Shown here: positions 14,027 through 17,644 of the stretch, one piece after another
How positions within the stretch are numbered: position 1 is the stretch's first letter
How the letters are laid out: the number at the start of each line of letters is the position of its first letter
Source: a virus
Lineage: Duplodnaviria; Heunggongvirae; Uroviricota; Caudoviricetes
DNA length: 17,644 bases
Direction: 5' to 3' (one strand)
Virus record (IMG/VR): IMGVR_UViG_2737471835_000010
Coordinates: 1-17,644 of that record
Translations under genes and position numbers: made by a program
Notes under the pieces: generated by a model
The model's input: only the letters and a program-made list of their open reading frames with translations
Told to the model about the DNA's origin: nothing
Database searches by the model: none

Positions 14027-15079
14027 ATGAAAAATACTGTAAAAATAAACAGTGTTGATTTAATCAACGCTGATTGCCTGCATTTTATTCAGTCCCTGCC
14101 TGATGATTCCATTGACCTGATTGTTACCGATCCGCCGTACTTCAAGGTGAAACCCAACGGCTGGGACAATCAGTGGAAAGGGGACGAAGATTACCTTAAG
14201 TGGCTGGACCACTGTCTGGCCCAGTTCTGGCGGGTGTTAAAACCTGCCGGAAGCCTTTACCTGTTCTGTGGGCATCGCCTGGCATCTGATATTGAGATCA
14301 TGATGCGTGAACGTTTCAACGTGCTTAACCATATCATCTGGGCGAAGCCGTCCGGACGTTGGAATGGGTGTAATAAAGAAAGTCTGCGCGCATATTTTCC
14401 TGCCACAGAGCGCGTTCTGTTTGCTGAACATTACCAGGGGCCATATCGCGGCAAAAGTGACGGCTATGCAGCAAAAGAAAGGGAACTCAAACAGCACATA
14501 ATGGCACCGCTGATATCGTATTTCAGGGATGCTCGTGCCGAACTGGGTATAACGGCAAAACAAATTGCCGAAGCCACAGGTAAGAAAAATATGGTTTCCC
14601 ACTGGTTTGGTGCCAGTCAGTGGCAGTTGCCGAATGAGGCTGACTATCGGAAGTTACAGGCACTGTTTTCCCGTATAGCGGCAGAGAAGTTTCAGGAACA
14701 ACAACTGGAACAACCACACCACCAGCTGGTGGCATCTTATGATTCACTGAATCGTAAATATTCTGAATTGCTGGATGAGTTTAAATCTCTCCGGCGCTAT
14801 TTCTCCGTATCAGTCTCCGTGCCTTATACCGATGTCTGGATGCATAAACCCGTTCAGTTCTACCCGGGGAAACATCCGTGTGAGAAACCGGCGGATATGC
14901 TCAGGCAAATAATCAATGCCAGTAGTCGACCAGGTGATCTGGTTGCTGATTTTTTTATGGGATCCGGTTCCACAATAAAAGCAGCAATGGCGCTGGGGCG
15001 TCGGGCCTTAGGTGTTGAGCTTGAGTCAGAGCGGTTTAATCAGACAGTGAAAGAGATAAACGAGCTGGTGGGGAAATAA
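14027..15079 (+). CDS. DNA methyltransferase, beta-class amino-MTase (probably N6-adenine), orphan
   Basis: Motif IV DPPY (LIVTDPPYF) near the N-terminus and motif I FxGxG (DFFMGSGST) near the C-terminus, the order typical of beta-class N6A/N4C methyltransferases. No restriction endonuclease partner is adjacent. Confidence 0.9.
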
Positions 15080-15085
15080 TCTGGT

Positions 15086-15111
15086 GGCCACGTCAGGTGG
15101 CCTTTTTATTT
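15086..15111 (+). terminator. Intrinsic terminator-like hairpin (GGCCAC-GTCAG-GTGGCC followed by TTTTTATTT) after the methyltransferase
   Basis: Read directly from the sequence, 7 nt after the methyltransferase stop and upstream of the holin. Confidence 0.55.
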
Positions 15112-15146
15112 CCATTACACAGCACCCGCATCTGCGAGGTGGGGTT

Positions 15147-15362
15147 ATGAAATCCATGGATAAGTTAACAACGGGTGTCGCCTATGGCACCTCAGCAGGT
15201 AGTGCCGGGTACTGGTTTTTACAGTTGCTCGATAAAGTCACGCCCTCACAGTGGGCGGCAATAGGTGTGCTGGGTAGTCTGGTATTTGGCTTGCTGACGT
15301 ATCTGACAAACCTTTATTTCAAGATTAAAGAAGACAAGCGTAAGGCTGCACGGGGAGAGTAA
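15147..15362 (+). CDS. S: Pinholin, phage 21 S21 family (dual-start MKSMDK motif)
   Basis: [71 protein letters not shown] is near-identical in pattern to phage 21 S21 as I recall it. GAGGTGGGG lies upstream of the ATG. The ORF-track start at 15084 was rejected. Confidence 0.9.
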
Positions 15363-15366
15363 TTCA

Positions 15367-15717
15367 ATGACTCAAAACTATGAACTGATTGTGAAAGGGA
15401 TCCGCAATTTTGAGAATAAAGTTACGGTAACTTTAGCGTTACGGGACAAAAAACGTTTTGACGGTGAAATTTTTGACCTGGACATCTCGCTGGACCGTGT
15501 TGAAGGTGCCGCGCTGGAGGTTTATGAGGCAGCAGCCAGAAGGAGCATCAGACAGGTCTTCCTGGATGTTGCTGCCGGGTTATGTGAAGGGGATGAGCAG
15601 TCGCCGGAAAAGCGCCCCGTAATTTTAGATGCGCAGAATGTTTGGATAACCTACAAAGGAAAGCTACCAGGAAGAATTACTGGTTCTCTGAAGACTCCTC
15701 CGGAATCACAACCTTAA
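15367..15717 (+). CDS. Hypothetical soluble protein (116 aa) inserted between holin and endolysin
   Basis: Clean ORF 4 nt after the holin stop. No transmembrane segment and no recognised motif. Confidence 0.5.
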   Translation: MTQNYELIVKGIRNFENKVTVTLALRDKKRFDGEIFDLDISLDRVEGAALEVYEAAARRSIRQVFLDVAAGLCEGDEQSPEKRPVILDAQNVWITYKGKLPGRITGSLKTPPESQP

Positions 15718-15780
15718 GTCACTGACCGGAACAGATAAACCTGTCCGTGGGCAGAAACCGATAAATCCTGATAAATATCC

Positions 15781-16314
15781 ATGAACGCAAAAATCAGATA
15801 CGGCCTGTCGGCTGCCGTTCTGGCACTGATTGCCGTCGGTGCGCCCGCGCCTGATATTCTCGACCAGTTTCTGGATGAAAAAGAAGGTAACCACACAACG
15901 GCATACCGCGATGGGTCCGGCATCTGGACCATCTGTCGGGGTGCCACGATGGTGGATGGAAAACCCGTTTTTCCCGGTATGAAACTGTCGAAGGAAAAAT
16001 GCGACCAGGTCAACGCCATTGAGCGTGATAAGGCGCTGGCATGGGTGGAGCGCAATATTAAAGTACCACTGACCGAGCCACAAAAAGCGGGTATCGCGTC
16101 ATTTTGTCCCTATAACATTGGCCCCGGTAAGTGTTTTCCGTCGACGTTTTATAAGCGGCTGAATGCTGGTGATCGTAAAGGTGCATGCGAGGCGATTCGC
16201 TGGTGGATAAAAGATGGTGGGCGCGATTGCCGCATACGTTCAAATAACTGCTATGGACAGGTTATTCGTCGTGACCAGGAAAGCGCATTAGCCTGTTGGG
16301 GGATAGATCAGTGA
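15781..16314 (+). CDS. R: SAR endolysin (T4-lysozyme-like glycoside hydrolase, R21-like)
   Basis: N-terminal weakly hydrophobic Ala/Gly-rich signal-anchor-release segment ([18 protein letters not shown]), followed by a catalytic E...D...T region ([20 protein letters not shown]). Located right after the pinholin, as in phage 21. Confidence 0.9.
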   Translation: MNAKIRYGLSAAVLALIAVGAPAPDILDQFLDEKEGNHTTAYRDGSGIWTICRGATMVDGKPVFPGMKLSKEKCDQVNAIERDKALAWVERNIKVPLTEPQKAGIASFCPYNIGPGKCFPSTFYKRLNAGDRKGACEAIRWWIKDGGRDCRIRSNNCYGQVIRRDQESALACWGIDQ

Positions 16315-16778
16315 GCAGAGTCGCCGCGATTATTTATGCTCTGGTTATCTGCATCATCGTCTGCCTGTCGTGGGCGGTCAATCATTACCGTGATAACGCC
16401 ATCGCCTACAAAGAACAGCGTGATAAAAAAGTCAGTGAGCTGAAGCAGGCGACCGCCACCATTACTGACATGCAGCAACGCCAGCGTGCTGCTGATGTAC
16501 TCGATGCTAAATACACGAAGGAGTTGGCTGATGCGAAAGCTGAAAATGATGCTCTTCGGCGCAAGCTTGATAATGGTGGTCGGGTGCTCGTCAAAGGAAA
16601 ATGCTCTGTGCCATCCTCAGCCGAAACCTCCAGCGCCTCCGGCATGGGCAATGATGCCACCGTCGAACTCTCTCCAATTGCTGGACGAAACGTTCTCGGT
16701 ATCCGGGACGGAATCATCAGAGACCAGACAGCACTGAGAACGCTTCAGGAATACATCAGGACGCAATGCCTTCGATGA
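16311..16778 (+). CDS. Rz: Rz i-spanin
   Basis: GTG overlaps the endolysin stop (GTGA), with GGGGGA 7 nt upstream. The ORF track offers a TTG at 16296. N-terminal TM segment ([17 protein letters not shown]) then a charged coiled-coil-like region. It contains the embedded Rz1 ORF. Confidence 0.8.
   Translation: MSRVAAIIYALVICIIVCLSWAVNHYRDNAIAYKEQRDKKVSELKQATATITDMQQRQRAADVLDAKYTKELADAKAENDALRRKLDNGGRVLVKGKCSVPSSAETSSASGMGNDATVELSPIAGRNVLGIRDGIIRDQTALRTLQEYIRTQCLR
16531..16737 (+). CDS. Rz1: Rz1 o-spanin (lipoprotein) embedded out of frame within Rz
   Basis: AAGGAG 8 nt upstream of the ATG. Lipoprotein signal with lipobox LIMVVGC, followed by a proline-rich segment ([16 protein letters not shown]). 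Entirely inside Rz in another frame. Confidence 0.75.
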   Translation: MRKLKMMLFGASLIMVVGCSSKENALCHPQPKPPAPPAWAMMPPSNSLQLLDETFSVSGTESSETRQH

Positions 16779-16952
16779 TAGCGATAATTTTACTCATCAT
16801 CCTTCACATCTGGCTCTGTAGACAGGGTGGTGATCACTTCTGGAGTAAATCCAGATTAAACATCTCATTGCTGATGCTTGATATTGAGCATCTGGCGCGC
16901 AGTAAGGGGCTGCGTTGAGATAAGAGCCAGTTCATTACAAATACCAGGATTT

Positions 16953-16978
16953 AGCCTCGCATTCGCGGGGCTTTTTAT
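16953..16978 (+). terminator. Intrinsic terminator-like hairpin (AGCCTCGC-ATTC-GCGGGGCT followed by TTTTAT)
   Basis: 8-bp stem with one G-U pair plus a T-run, in the non-coding gap between Rz and rha. Confidence 0.5.
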
Positions 16979-17120
16979 ATCTGAATTTCACAGCGCATCT
17001 CACGCGCATATTAACGAGAGCCTTTCAGTAAGCGAGCCTGAGAAATGCCGTTATAGGTGGCGACCTCTCTCGGGCGGCTTTTCTGTGAGACAGGCTCACT
17101 TTCTAAAAGGTAAAGACGCT

Positions 17121-17644
17121 ATGAATAATCATTCAGTTATTCCAGCCTTCGACTTCCGAGAAATGGTGCAAGCCAAAAACGGAGAGGTCGTTACCACATC
17201 CAGAAAAATTGCCAAGTACTTCGGCAAGCGACACGGTGATGTTCTCAGGAAAATCGAGCAGGTTAAGGCTGATTGCTCGCGTGAGTTTAGCCAACGCAAT
17301 TTTCGTCGGCTGATTATATCGATGAGCAGGGCAAGGTTCGCCCGATGTACAGCCTGACGAAAGATGGCTGGATCATGGTTGTGATGGGGTTCACCGGGAA
17401 AGCTGCTGCGGCAATCAAGGAGAGCTATATCGCAGCATTCAACTGGATGGCAGAGCAACTGAGCCGCCGCATGGCAATTGGCGAAGAAATGCAGCACCGC
17501 TACGCCATCAAAGAAACACGCTCAAAGCTGAAAGGTACGATCGGCAGTCGGTTAATGAACGAACGGAAGAAAGAGAAGCGTGTCCTGGCTGTCGAGCATG
17601 AATACATCTTGCAGGTGACACAGCCTGAACTGCTGATTAATTGA
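17121..17644 (+). pseudogene. rha: Rha-family phage regulatory protein, interrupted by a frameshift near 17300-17312
   Basis: The N-terminal part (MNNHSVIPAFDFREMVQAKNGEVVTTSRKIAKYFGKRHGDVLRKIEQV...FSQRNF) is in one frame and stops at 17355-17357. The expected continuation (ADYIDEQGKVRPMYSLTKDGWIMVVMGFTGKAAAAIKESYIAAFNWM...) is in another frame that ends at 17644. A single-base indel in or near the TTTTCGTCGGCT segment explains the break. Confidence 0.6.

Larger units (their letters stand above)
2276..17644. mobile_element. Lambdoid prophage (partial; int through lysis cassette and rha, continues beyond the right window edge)
   Basis: Canonical lambdoid order: int, xis, early-left genes, cI-like repressor, divergent cro, replication, RusA, Q, late promoter and terminator, holin, endolysin, Rz/Rz1. 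Confidence 0.9.

Noticed and set aside
15084-15146. Upstream extension of the holin ORF (start at 15084)
   Set aside because: The extension covers the terminator hairpin after the methyltransferase and has no ribosome-binding site. The MKSMDK start at 15147 matches the S21 pinholin and has one.
16878-17120. Upstream extension of the rha ORF (start at 16878)
   Set aside because: The extension runs through the terminator-like hairpin at 16953-16978. The recognisable Rha N-terminus begins at the ATG at 17121.
1-17644. CRISPR arrays, insertion sequences or transposases, rRNA
   Set aside because: No regularly spaced direct repeats with unique spacers, no terminal inverted repeats flanking a transposase-like ORF, and no rRNA-like segment were seen. 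The only tandem repeats are the iteron-like units inside the replication gene.

Overview
This window reads as the left two-thirds of a mosaic lambdoid prophage of an Enterobacteriaceae (E. coli-like) host, preceded by a visibly AT-rich three-gene cassette. All calls rest on reading the ORF translations and the DNA by eye; no searches or computations were run, so family assignments are recognition from memory. Layout: (1) 1-2252, three overlapping plus-strand ORFs of unknown function, convergent on the integrase; (2) 2276-6045, minus-strand int, xis-like and an early-left block resembling the yfdP/Q/R/S genes of E. coli KplE1 (CPS-53); (3) 6046-7527, immunity region with a long structured non-coding leader, two terminators, a cI-like S24 repressor and operator repeats; (4) 7528-13419, plus-strand cro-like, YdaT/CII-like, O-like initiator with internal iterons, PerC-like, LexA-DBD-only, RusA, KilA-N, DUF968 and Q-like genes; (5) 13420-17644, late promoter and terminator, a small ORF plus an orphan DNA methyltransferase, a phage-21-type lysis cassette with an extra unknown gene between holin and endolysin, and a frameshifted rha. 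The best candidate for an undescribed system is the AT-rich operon at 1-2252, whose third protein carries a PD-(D/E)xK-like nuclease motif. Second is the roughly 600 bp structured leader with no N-like gene. No tRNA, rRNA, CRISPR array or transposase was seen.
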